A stretch of 64,000 nt of DNA from Fistulifera solaris (Eukaryota), in the NCBI GenBank assembly GCA_030295235.1, contig AP026151.1, positions 558,001 through 622,000 on the forward strand, read 5' to 3'. Shown piece after piece: positions 24,501 to 35,386 of the stretch (position 1 is the first letter of the stretch; the number at the start of each line of letters is the position of its first letter). The notes beneath the pieces were generated by a model. The model was not told the DNA's origin. It did not search any database and saw only the letters and a program-made list of their open reading frames with translations. The position numbers and the translations under genes were made by a program.

Positions 24501-25158
24501 CGAGCTGAAGTCGTAGTGTTTGCTCGCTGTGTTTGTTGTGTTTTGCAAATCAATCGTCCTCGCCTTTGTTTCGTTGTCGTTTCCGTAGCACAAAGGTCTC
24601 CGCGGAGACTTAGCATCTCAATCTCATCCTTAATAATCACCTATAATATTATCATACTTTGTTGAGTTTGTTTATCTATTGTGTTATCATTCTGCTTTCT
24701 CGATGCTGATGATGATTCTTCTTCTTGCGCGAGCCTGTTCTACATCTTGCCGTGGTCTTGCTTTACCGTAAAATGTGATCACTAACTACTTTGAACGTCA
24801 CTATGCACTTACCTGGTACCGTACCGGTAACGCTTGCGGTGAAGCCCTAGTACTGTACGTGATTATCTGGATAGTTTTAGAACTGGTCCAAGGACTCTAG
24901 TCATCATCGTCAACTAAAGCGAGAGCATCATACGTAGTAGTTCTATTAGTGAGACTTACTGTACAAGGATGTTGTAGTAAAAAAGTCGGAGCAGCACCCC
25001 TTGAGTAAGTACGATATGGTTTCCAAATCACAACGGTACCAAAACGTCCGTCCTTCTACACGTCGATCCGCAGCAGCAGCGCAGGCGCAGCTGCAGCAGC
25101 AGCACAAAAACAACCCCAATTACCAAAATCCTTGTTGTTTCATCTTTCTTGAACCAAA

Positions 25159-25944
25159 ATGCGACTTTCTACCAAACGAGACTATCTTTCATGCTCCCAG
25201 AGCGATTTGGCGACTATTTCGTGCAAGCGACAGCGTACGGAAGACCCTGTTCAGTCCTTGTTCGCTTCTCTTCGATCACCTGTCGACTTTCGAGACGACA
25301 CTGATGATGATCTCCGCTTCCACCCCGATTCTGCTCGTTGTGAATCGATTCCGAATGAAGAGCTGTCGTGCATTCTGTCGTTTGCGGAATCGCGTGAAGA
25401 GATGCAGTCGTGGGTTTGCGAGAACGAGAACGCCGCTTGGGCACAGAGCACTGTTCAAGCGCTGCTTTCGTTGAATGTCACTTCGTCTCGCGGCTCCTCA
25501 AGCAGCTCTTTTCTTTGTAATCATCGTGCGTCTCGCCGAGTACAATTTGCGCCTGGTTTCTACACTGTCACGGAGATTCCCCATCATAATTCGTTGACGG
25601 CCGATGAAAAGCGTTCTTTGTATCGCGACAAGCGTGCGTTGCAGGCAGAGAAGGATGAGATCTGCCTGGAGATCAAGTTTGAGCGTCGTTTACGTCTTTG
25701 CAGCGCCGCTGATGCTTTAGAAGAAGGGTGTTTCTTCCGCAATCATCTTGGAGAGTTGGTCCATCCAGCACACTGGCTCGTGTATGTGAATGAAATTCTT
25801 CCAAGTCTTCCTCTTGATACTCCCGTCGTTGGATTTTCGTCGCTGAACGAATACAAACAAAGTGATGACTTGTCCAAGTACGAGCAGTACTTTGACAACG
25901 CCATTCGGAAGAGAGTCTTCCAGCCTCGATCTCTTGATTCGTAA
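25159..25944 (+). CDS. Cassette gene A, copy 2 (261 aa, unknown function; RRVQF...LVHPAH)
   Basis: Intact ORF; protein identical to copy 3. Confidence 0.8.
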   Translation: MRLSTKRDYLSCSQSDLATISCKRQRTEDPVQSLFASLRSPVDFRDDTDDDLRFHPDSARCESIPNEELSCILSFAESREEMQSWVCENENAAWAQSTVQALLSLNVTSSRGSSSSSFLCNHRASRRVQFAPGFYTVTEIPHHNSLTADEKRSLYRDKRALQAEKDEICLEIKFERRLRLCSAADALEEGCFFRNHLGELVHPAHWLVYVNEILPSLPLDTPVVGFSSLNEYKQSDDLSKYEQYFDNAIRKRVFQPRSLDS

Positions 25945-26527
25945 GCGTTTTCTCGTCTGCGTATTTTGTCTCGTTTTCCCTGTATTGTGCCCACCGCAGT
26001 AGCGATTTGAAACGATTCAACCGCTTTTCGTTGTATGTTAAGTGTTTAGTAGTAATAAACGTAAATGATGCTTTGAAAAAATATTACAGTTCTATAGCTA
26101 TGAACTTCATCTTCTTAGTTTTCTTCGTAGTCTACGTAGTAACGTCGTCTTTGTTGTTGTGTATCGTACCGTATGGTATCGTATTGTATTGTATCGGTGT
26201 GCTTCGTTGCCTTCACATTACTTCGTGATTACGGAGTAATAGAAATCCTTTGAAAGCAAATCTAGTTCTGGTGGTTCGATGCTTTAGTTGATTTTTATTT
26301 ACTCTCGTCTTCTAGAGACTAGACTCGCGTCCTCGCTCAAGTTTTTCACGAGTTAACGTCAGCGTACCAGCTCTATGTGAGCGCTACTTACACGATTTCG
26401 TACCAGGGCAGTCGTAGAAAATAATCGGTCTGTCAGTCGCCGGTCCGTCCGCAGCAAGCGTCCTTCACTTATTCTCTCGCACAAAAACAACCCCGTTTTA
26501 CCAAATTCATCAACTTTACAACCAAAC

Positions 26528-27295
26528 ATGAAAGTTTCTTGCCGTTTAAGCTATCTTCGACGTTACAAAAGTCATCATAAGACAATTGAGAAGCGTCGAC
26601 AAACGATTCGTCCTTTCCGCAAGCTGTGGGCTTCAATCCGTTCTCGCCGCGACGCCGGAGATGATGTTGTATCGCTTGACCGTGAAGCTGCTGCTCCGAA
26701 GCGTGTTTCTCGCGATCCTTATCGTATCATTGTCTGGGATATCGATGATTCTCGTCCTTTTAGTGAGGAGATGCTGTCACAGGCCCCGGAATATGACTAT
26801 CTGGCAGCAGAAGGTCGCGCGAGCGCTGCTGCGGTCCCCGGTCGACAAGCGTTGCGTTTCGCTTGTGATTATGACGCCGCTCTTGACGGCTTTTTCAGTC
26901 CTCCAACTCGTCTTGTCACTTTTGCTGAAGATGTGACTGTTGTTCCCATTCAAAGCCGTCAGTCGTTGACGGAAGACGAGAAACGTTCTTTGTATGGCGT
27001 CAAGAGTACGAAGAAGGAGAAGAGCCTAAAGGAGCAGCACTTTGAAGACAGCAAGCACTGCATTGAAAATGCAATCGAGGAAGAGATGTTCTTTCCAAAT
27101 CACGAGGGCAAGTTGGTCCATCCTGCCCATTTTCGTTCGTTTGTGCGTGAAATCCTTCCAACCCTTCCTCGCGACATGAATGTACCTGGTTTCTTGTCCT
27201 TTGAAGAATATTACGGCCTCCTGGAATATCATGCGCGTAAATACAATACCACCATTGCCGAAGAAATGATCCAAGATGATCCCGTCGAAGTTTGA
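26528..27295 (+). CDS. Cassette gene B, copy 2
   Basis: 255 aa; 3 aa differences from copy 1. Confidence 0.8.
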   Translation: MKVSCRLSYLRRYKSHHKTIEKRRQTIRPFRKLWASIRSRRDAGDDVVSLDREAAAPKRVSRDPYRIIVWDIDDSRPFSEEMLSQAPEYDYLAAEGRASAAAVPGRQALRFACDYDAALDGFFSPPTRLVTFAEDVTVVPIQSRQSLTEDEKRSLYGVKSTKKEKSLKEQHFEDSKHCIENAIEEEMFFPNHEGKLVHPAHFRSFVREILPTLPRDMNVPGFLSFEEYYGLLEYHARKYNTTIAEEMIQDDPVEV

Positions 27296-27953
27296 CGAGC
27301 TGAAGTCGTAGTGTTTGCTCGCTGTGTTTGTTGTGTTTTGCAAATCAATCGTCCTCGCCTTTGTTTCGTTGTCGTTTCCGTAGCACAAAGGTCTCCGCGG
27401 AGACTTAGCATCTCAATCTCATCCTTAATAATCACCTATAATATTATCATACTTTGTTGAGTTTGTTTATCTATTGTGTTATCATTCTGCTTTCTCGATG
27501 CTGATGATGATTCTTCTTCTTGCGCGAGCCTGTTCTACATCTTGCCGTGGTCTTGCTTTACCGTAAAATGTGATCACTAACTACTTTGAACGTCACTATG
27601 CACTTACCTGGTACCGTACCGGTAACGCTTGCGGTGAAGCCCTAGTACTGTACGTGATTATCTGGATAGTTTTAGAACTGGTCCAAGGACTCTAGTCATC
27701 ATCGTCAACTAAAGCGAGAGCATCATACGTAGTAGTTCTATTAGTGAGACTTACTGTACAAGGATGTTGTAGTAAAAAAGTCGGAGCAGCACCCCTTGAG
27801 TAAGTACGATATGGTTTCCAAATCACAACGGTACCAAAACGTCCGTCCTTCTACACGTCGATCCGCAGCAGCAGCGCAGGCGCAGCTGCAGCAGCAGCAC
27901 AAAAACAACCCCAATTACCAAAATCCTTGTTGTTTCATCTTTCTTGAACCAAA

Positions 27954-28739
27954 ATGCGACTTTCTACCAAACGAGACTATCTTTCATGCTCCCAGAGCGA
28001 TTTGGCGACTATTTCGTGCAAGCGACAGCGTACGGAAGACCCTGTTCAGTCCTTGTTCGCTTCTCTTCGATCACCTGTCGACTTTCGAGACGACACTGAT
28101 GATGATCTCCGCTTCCACCCCGATTCTGCTCGTTGTGAATCGATTCCGAATGAAGAGCTGTCGTGCATTCTGTCGTTTGCGGAATCGCGTGAAGAGATGC
28201 AGTCGTGGGTTTGCGAGAACGAGAACGCCGCTTGGGCACAGAGCACTGTTCAAGCGCTGCTTTCGTTGAATGTCACTTCGTCTCGCGGCTCCTCAAGCAG
28301 CTCTTTTCTTTGTAATCATCGTGCGTCTCGCCGAGTACAATTTGCGCCTGGTTTCTACACTGTCACGGAGATTCCCCATCATAATTCGTTGACGGCCGAT
28401 GAAAAGCGTTCTTTGTATCGCGACAAGCGTGCGTTGCAGGCAGAGAAGGATGAGATCTGCCTGGAGATCAAGTTTGAGCGTCGTTTACGTCTTTGCAGCG
28501 CCGCTGATGCTTTAGAAGAAGGGTGTTTCTTCCGCAATCATCTTGGAGAGTTGGTCCATCCAGCACACTGGCTCGTGTATGTGAATGAAATTCTTCCAAG
28601 TCTTCCTCTTGATACTCCCGTCGTTGGATTTTCGTCGCTGAACGAATACAAACAAAGTGATGACTTGTCCAAGTACGAGCAGTACTTTGACAACGCCATT
28701 CGGAAGAGAGTCTTCCAGCCTCGATCTCTTGATTCGTAA
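27954..28739 (+). CDS. Cassette gene A, copy 3
   Basis: 261 aa; identical to copy 2. Confidence 0.8.
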   Translation: MRLSTKRDYLSCSQSDLATISCKRQRTEDPVQSLFASLRSPVDFRDDTDDDLRFHPDSARCESIPNEELSCILSFAESREEMQSWVCENENAAWAQSTVQALLSLNVTSSRGSSSSSFLCNHRASRRVQFAPGFYTVTEIPHHNSLTADEKRSLYRDKRALQAEKDEICLEIKFERRLRLCSAADALEEGCFFRNHLGELVHPAHWLVYVNEILPSLPLDTPVVGFSSLNEYKQSDDLSKYEQYFDNAIRKRVFQPRSLDS

Positions 28740-29331
28740 GCGTTTTCTCGTCTGCGTATTTTGTCTCGTTTTCCCTGTATTGTGCCCACCGCAGTAGCGA
28801 TTTGAAACGATTCAACCGCTTTTCGTTGTATGTTAAGTGTTTAGTAGTAATAAACGTAAATGATGCTTTGAAAAAATATTACAGTTCTATAGCTATGAAC
28901 TTCATCTTCTTAGTTTTCTTCGTAGTCTACGTAGTAACGTCGTCTTTGTTGTTGTGTATCGTACCGTATGGTATCGTATTGTATTGCATCGGTGTGTTTC
29001 GTTGCCTTCACATTACTTCGTGATTACGGAGTAATAGAAATCCTTTGAAAGCAAATCTAGTTCTGGTGGTTCGATGCTTTAGTTGATTTTTATTTACTCT
29101 CGTCTTCTCTAGAGACTAGAGACTAGACTCGCGTCCTCGCTCAAGTTTTTCACGAGTTAACGTCAGCGTACCAGCTCTACTTGAGCGCTACTTACACGAT
29201 TTCGTACCAGGGCAGTCGTAGAAAATAATCGGTCTGTCAGTCGCCGGTCCGTCCGCAGCAAGCGTCCTTCACTTATTCTCTCGCACAAAAACAACCCCGT
29301 TTTACCAAATTCATCAACTTTACAACCAAAC

Positions 29332-30099
29332 ATGAAAGTTTCTTGCCGTTTAAGCTATCTTCGACGTAACAAAAGTCATCATAAGACAATTGAGAAGCGT
29401 CGACAAACGATTCGTCCTTTCCGCAAGCTGTGGGCTTCAATCCGTTCTCGCCGCGACGCCGGAGATGAGGTTGTATCGCTTGACTGTGAAGCTGCTGCTC
29501 CGAAGCGTGTTTCTCGCGATCCTTATCGTATCGTTGTCTGGGATATCGATGATTCTCGTCCTTTTAGTGAGGAGATGCTGTCACAGGCCCCGGAATATGA
29601 CTATCTGGCAGCAGAAGGTCGCGCGAGCGCTGCTGCGGTCCCCGGTCGACAAGCGTTGCGTTTCGCTTGTGATTATGACGCCGCTCTTGACGGCTTTTTC
29701 AGTCCTCCGACTCGCCTTGTCACTTTTGCTGAAGATGTGACTGTTGTTCCCATTCAAAGCCGTCAGTCGTTGACGGAAGACGAGAAACGTTCTTTGTATG
29801 GCGTCAAGAGTACGAAGAAGGAGAAGAGCCTAAAGGAGCAGCACTTTGAAGACAGCAAGCACTGCATTGAAAATGCAATCGAGGAAGAGATGTTCTTTCC
29901 AAATCACGAGGGTAACTTGGTCCATCCTGCCCATTTTCGTTCGTTTGTGCGTGAAATCCTTCCAACCCTTCCTCGCGACATGATTGTACCTGGTTTTTTG
30001 TCCTTTGAAGAATATTACGGCCTCCTGGAATACTATGCGCGTCAATACAATACCACCATTGCCGAAGAAATGATCCAAGATGATCCCATCGAAGTTTGA
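29332..30099 (+). CDS. Cassette gene B, copy 3 (most divergent)
   Basis: 255 aa; several substitutions relative to copies 1 and 2. Confidence 0.8.
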   Translation: MKVSCRLSYLRRNKSHHKTIEKRRQTIRPFRKLWASIRSRRDAGDEVVSLDCEAAAPKRVSRDPYRIVVWDIDDSRPFSEEMLSQAPEYDYLAAEGRASAAAVPGRQALRFACDYDAALDGFFSPPTRLVTFAEDVTVVPIQSRQSLTEDEKRSLYGVKSTKKEKSLKEQHFEDSKHCIENAIEEEMFFPNHEGNLVHPAHFRSFVREILPTLPRDMIVPGFLSFEEYYGLLEYYARQYNTTIAEEMIQDDPIEV

Positions 30100-30675
30100 C
30101 GAGCTGGAGTTGTAGTGTTTGCTCGCTGTGTTTGTTGTGTTTTGCAAATCAATCGTCCTCGCCTTTGTTTCGCTGTCGTTTCCGTAGCACAAAGGTCTCC
30201 TCGGAGACTTAGCATCTCAATCTCATCCTTTATAATCACTTATAATATTATCATACTTTGTTGATTTTGTTTATTTACTAATTTATCATTCTGCTTTCTC
30301 GATGCTGATGATGATTCTTCTTCCTGCGCGAGCCTGTTCTACATCTTGCCGTGGTGTTGCTTTACTGTTAAATGTGATTATTTTTAACTTGTACCTGGTA
30401 TGCACCTACCTGGTAGAAGTCCTTTTAAGCTTTTCGTATCGTCCTGATTGTGACATTGCTCTAGATGTGAGCTCTTGACTTTATTCGCACCTACCGACGT
30501 AGTGGTGTATTGAGATGATCTTACCGCTCTTAGTATGAAGAGCTTCGTCGGTGGGATGACTTGTTACTCGTCTAATGTGGGTCAAGCTTGCATATCGGTT
30601 TGACCATTGGCCGATTTCACCCCGTGATCCGCGGTGGTGAAGCATTAAATGAATTCAAGAACATGCGTTGCAATC

Positions 30676-32095
30676 TTATTGTGCGATTTTCTCGCCAGAG
30701 GATGTCTGCTGCTGGGACGACTGAGAGGCAGCAAGAAGTACTGCCCCGCCTATAACTGAACCTCCAACAAAGCCGTATACACCCATAGTTTCGCCGAGAA
30801 GAAAGTAAGCAAAGATAGCGGTGAATATTGGCTGCAGCGAGTAGATCAAATTTGCATCAGCAGGTTTGGCAAGGCGCTGTCCGAAGCTTTGTGCGAAGGT
30901 AGTGTAAGCCGTAGAGACAAGACCAGTCCATAATACTGCACCCACTGCAAGCCGTATAGAAGAAGTGGTAAGGGTCCCACTCAAAATGCGTTCTTGTAGT
31001 GTTTCGAAAAACGTGCTGATTTCCTGTCCTGTTTCCTGTGCGAAGGTCAGCAAGCCAGCTTCTGGCATAATCCCACCCGTCGACGACGGCGCGACTGAGG
31101 TCAGTAATTGCAAAGCAATGATACTCAAAATCAGCTCAGTCAAAGCCTTGTAAGCTACCAGTTTCAGGGGAGAAGTTTCATTCGCCCATCTTCCGAGTCG
31201 CACAACGTGCAAACTGTAAACTACAGCAGCACCTAGAATGAGTAAGTCCCCATCCTTCAGACTGGGCCACGAAAAGAACTCACTTGTGTATCAACTATTT
31301 CTCCATCGTATCCCATGATTGAAATTCCTGCTAATGCCAGCACACAAGCGATCCACGTACGGCTGGACACCGAACTTCCCAACAGCGCAGCCTGAACGAT
31401 AGGTACAATGATCGTCGTCACTGCCAAACAATTTCAGTCAGACTACAATCGTATTAGTTCACCTTGATGACACAGTATCTGCTACTCACATTGCACCAAA
31501 AAGCCGGCTCGATCGGAAGGTACCGTTTTTAGACCCAGTACTTGTAACGAGTTTCCAAGAAATAAATAGAAACCAAGCTCCAAACCAGCTTTCACAGCAA
31601 CCCAGTCATCGTCGGACGACGATTCATCGGATGCCTGAAAAGACAACAATCCGAACGCTGATACTGCAGCCACGGCAAAGTATGCGGTCGAAAAAACAAA
31701 GCCTGGAATCGGTGGATCGATTTCATAAAGACCTTTCACAACGGGGACGTAAGATCCCCAAACGACTGGGACCTTTACAAAAATCAGTGTTTTGCGTTGA
31801 AGACAGCACCGTACTTTTCGTATGGACTTACTGTTGCCAGAACGAAGATTCCGATTTGTTTTTCCGATAGAAACTTTCCTGTAGTGCTACCTGTCGAATC
31901 GCTGGCCTCGCTTTTGCCTTCAACAACGATGTTAATATCTTTTTCTCTGAAGATTGATTGCTTTTCTTTGATTTGTTGTTGGAAGAGCGGCTGTGCGCGT
32001 GGTGCTTTTTGCAAGAGATAAGACGAAGTGAAGCCAGCGACGTGGACGATAGAGGTGATGAATAAACAGCATATAGTTTTCCATAATAATAGCAT
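30676..32095 (-). CDS. DMT/EamA-family transporter, probably plastid-targeted; introns 31773-31831 and 31421-31489; probable frameshift near 31250-31400
   Basis: Signal peptide plus VAGFTSS; spliced LATVPVVWGSY; GLELG..LFLGN.LQVLGL...SDRAGFLVQLTT; ANLIYSLQPIFTAIFAYFLLGE. Confidence 0.82.
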
Positions 32096-32309
32096 CGCTG
32101 ATCACCTGTGTAGACATAGAGTCACGGCGAACGGTAAGATTGCTTTAATAAAGAAATAATCTCACTGGATTATTTTTTTATAAAAAAATAGATACGGAGT
32201 CTCATTAATGGAAGGACATCGTGGTCGATGCGATGATCGCGAAAAAGTTCATGTTGCTGCGCGCTGCAGAAATGGCTGTGACGTCATCATTATCTCTCCA
32301 TCAATAACA

Positions 32310-33329
32310 CTATGCCGTAGTGGTATGTTGTTGATCAGGTTGTGACGCAAGAATGAGATCAATGTTTCTCACTAGTGCCTGATAAATGGCGTCCATTCCG
32401 TGAAATGTTCTTCGTCCCAAGATGACCCCCATCAGCTTTGCTTGAAATGCTAGATCATGGTTGTGACAACGAATAGTGGCTATTTTCTTGTTCCATGTGT
32501 TGGCTTCGAGCTGCGGAGCTATATTCAACTTCCAAATATTGCTTGTCATAGTGCCGGGTTCGGCAATGAGTTGCTCTAGATGCGAGTTCTGGGACAGCAG
32601 ACGCGACAGGCGATGCGCACGATCCGAAGAAGGGTTTGAACTACAGAACTGAAAGGACACGATGTTAGGATGCTCGGAGATCGCATCGAATACAAGGTCG
32701 GCGTCGTCTTCACAAAGGTTGGGACCGAACCAAAGTATCATCGATGCGGGAGCTCTCGCGTTGCTACGAAGTGACTGTGCGAGTCGCGAGCAAATTTTGT
32801 GACACTGAGCTTCATCTGCTTTGGCGTGGACCATTAACGAAAGTTTGGCAAGTCCAGTGCTCGAACGAAGAGCGAAACAAAGCTGCTGAGCCACGTCGGT
32901 GTTGCTGTCAGCTCGGCGATCGACGAAGCACAGTTCTTTGGGCCCCATACCTTGTTCCATGGCGTGCGTAAAAGCATCTGGATGCGTCATGCAGCAATTA
33001 CTCATTTTCAAGCTTTTTACTTGACAAGAGCCGATCAGTCGACATGCCTCTTCGCCGGCGATATCAATTGAAGTATACTGGATGAAGAGTTCGGCGGCAG
33101 TTTCGTATCGAGCAAGAATCGCCAAAAATTTCAGCCAGTATTCGTCCGAAAAAGGAATGCTACGACTGATACTGATTCCTCGAAACACAAAGCCGGTCTG
33201 TTTGCGACACAATTCTTCGAAGCCTTCCACGAAGAGGGCTCCTCCGTCCTCAAATTTATCGTTCGCAAACCAGAGTGACGAGTTCACTTGGGTCAGTATT
33301 TCCAGAGTGCGCTCCCGAGATAGGTGCAT
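32310..33329 (-). CDS. Hypothetical RNI/LRR-like protein of a diatom-expanded type
   Basis: Long ORF with L..L.L-like segments, LSQNSHLEQL, PQLEAN and a C-terminal IYQALVRNIDL. Family assignment is by pattern only. Confidence 0.6.
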   Translation of the reverse strand: MHLSRERTLEILTQVNSSLWFANDKFEDGGALFVEGFEELCRKQTGFVFRGISISRSIPFSDEYWLKFLAILARYETAAELFIQYTSIDIAGEEACRLIGSCQVKSLKMSNCCMTHPDAFTHAMEQGMGPKELCFVDRRADSNTDVAQQLCFALRSSTGLAKLSLMVHAKADEAQCHKICSRLAQSLRSNARAPASMILWFGPNLCEDDADLVFDAISEHPNIVSFQFCSSNPSSDRAHRLSRLLSQNSHLEQLIAEPGTMTSNIWKLNIAPQLEANTWNKKIATIRCHNHDLAFQAKLMGVILGRRTFHGMDAIYQALVRNIDLILASQPDQQHTTTA

Positions 33330-33756
33330 GATGAATGAATAGCACGAGAAAGTGTCTGGAGACGGTCCAGATATCGGTTCTAAGCAATACCAGGTAAGCA
33401 ATAAGTGATATACTACGTAATAGAAAGACATTCTCATTCTTTTTTCCGGTCATGACGGTGATGGACGTCAACAAAAACCGGTTCTGGTCGGACATTTACA
33501 CGGTTTGCAGAAGGAAAGCGGTGATTTCGTTTTCCGCAAAGAGTTCGGCAAAGACAAGCAAACATTCGCTGACGTTCGGTGGTACTTTTCGCACCACTGT
33601 GAGAGTACCGCGAAAAAGAGGAGACGCACGGTGCAAACAAAAATAATTGAAATTGTTCTTCGATACGAAGTGCGATCTTGTTCAACGCAAAGAGTTCTTT
33701 TCCTTTTTCACTGTTACTCTCCTTTGCAACACTTCTATCCTTTCACCTTCCCGAGA

Positions 33757-35267
33757 ATGAACCAACCAAGCCTGACTTCGATGGCGGCTTTGTACGACGT
33801 TGATGATCTTCGAGAGTTTTTTCGACCCAACAAGATTCAGCGCACGTCGAGAGAAGACGGCTCACCTGCGCCGTTCCCTGGTCCGCGGAAGATTCAAAAG
33901 AAGGGCACGAACTTTTTTAACCTGGATCGTTTTAGAAAGGGACGCCACATTGACCATGTCGATACAGATAGGAACACGATGTGGGAGAAGAACTTTCGCA
34001 AGTTAGAGAATTACCTCGCAAAATACGAAGACACGGCCCTACCAGTTTGCTTTACAGACCGTGAGTTGGTAGCGTGGGTAAAGGAACAGAGAGGTGAGTA
34101 ACTCGATTTTCGATTTAACCGGTTCCAATGAAAAAGCGCTTCACGTTTTAATTGCTTTTAGAGGCCTTTCATAATGGTTCTCTTCCGCCCGCGGCAACTG
34201 CACGACTGCAGGCGCTAAACTTTTTGTTTCCTGCGACCGGCGGCAAGAACCGAGAATCCCAGGTCGCAAGGCTTGAAGATCCAAATCAGGGAACGGCCAG
34301 AGCTGTGTCGGCTGCACCGGGTCCTGCGACATCGCTTCGATACCAGAGATTTGGCATGTCTTTGCCAGCGATCGAGAACTCTCACTTGAAACCCCCTCCT
34401 CGTTCCAATTTGAGAGACGCAGTTGCTCGAGGATCGGATGTTGCGTCGCGCCTGCAAAATAACCCAAATAATCAGGTTGGGGTTCGGGATAACTCTTCGA
34501 GATGTCCTCCTGTTGCCGCTGCTTCGTTGAAGGAAGCAACTAGGTCACCCAAGCCCATTCTAGAACGCCTCCAGCCTCATCCTCCGACTCCCGAAATGCT
34601 CGGACATGATGCGCAGAACGCCACAGTCGAGGCACCTGCTAGGCTTTATGAGGAACAGCCGACCGATGAGCAAGCTGCATTGAACATCACGGACGAGACG
34701 GACAACATGAGTACTCTTTCGAACGATAAAGGCGACGAAGAAGAGTCTTTCTTGGAGGAAACCTCCATTGGTGGAATCCTTTCTCACACGGTCAATAGTC
34801 TTTGCTGCAGTGCTTCCGCAATTTCGGTCCGTGTTTTCAATATTGGATTGGCCGTTGTTCTTCGCCTTATGATGATAATGCATGTATTGCGCAATTGTAT
34901 CGCTGCGGTAAAGCATGCTTACGACGAGGAAGACGAAAGCACGAACCAAAATGATCAACAAGATGAAAATGATGGACGAGTTGCTGGCGAAGAAGGAGAA
35001 GATGTCCCTCCCGAACAGGACATTGCAGCAAAACTCTCGTTCTTTACTAACATTTTTCGTCAAGGCGGTATGGTCCTCTGGTTTTGTATTCACAAAGTTG
35101 GTTGGTTGTTGGTGTTTTGCGTTGCAATTATTCTGGGTGCACTGGGCTTCTCGATCGGTGTAGGAATTACTATGGGTTATATGATACTCCGTGGTGAGAT
35201 CGATGTCCCTGCTGTTAATGATATGTTGGGAGTGCATTGTGCCAAAAGCATGAATTATACATATTAA
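33757..35267 (+). CDS. Helicase-associated (HA, PF03457-like) domain protein with C-terminal TM helices; intron 34094-34161
   Basis: Spliced WEKNFRKLENY...LP....ELVAWVKEQR|EAFHNGSL....ARLQALNFLF matches the HA pattern; GTGAGT...TTTAG intron; hydrophobic C-terminus. Confidence 0.75.
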
Positions 35268-35386
35268 AACATAAGTAGCATTTTATTTGAGTTATGTTTG
35301 TTTCTTGTAATCCCTACTTTTTTATTTGTCTAATTAGTGCGTTCGTGCGTTCAAGAATTCGCTCGCTCGCTCGCTCGCTCTTCGGT

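Larger units (their letters stand above)
15914..30415 (+). repeat. Tandem array of three copies of a ~2.8 kb two-gene (A+B) cassette; copy 1 interrupted by an LTR element
   Basis: Unit starts at 15914, 25042 and 27837 (2795-bp period); near-identical ORFs; similarity fades near 30415. Confidence 0.95.
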
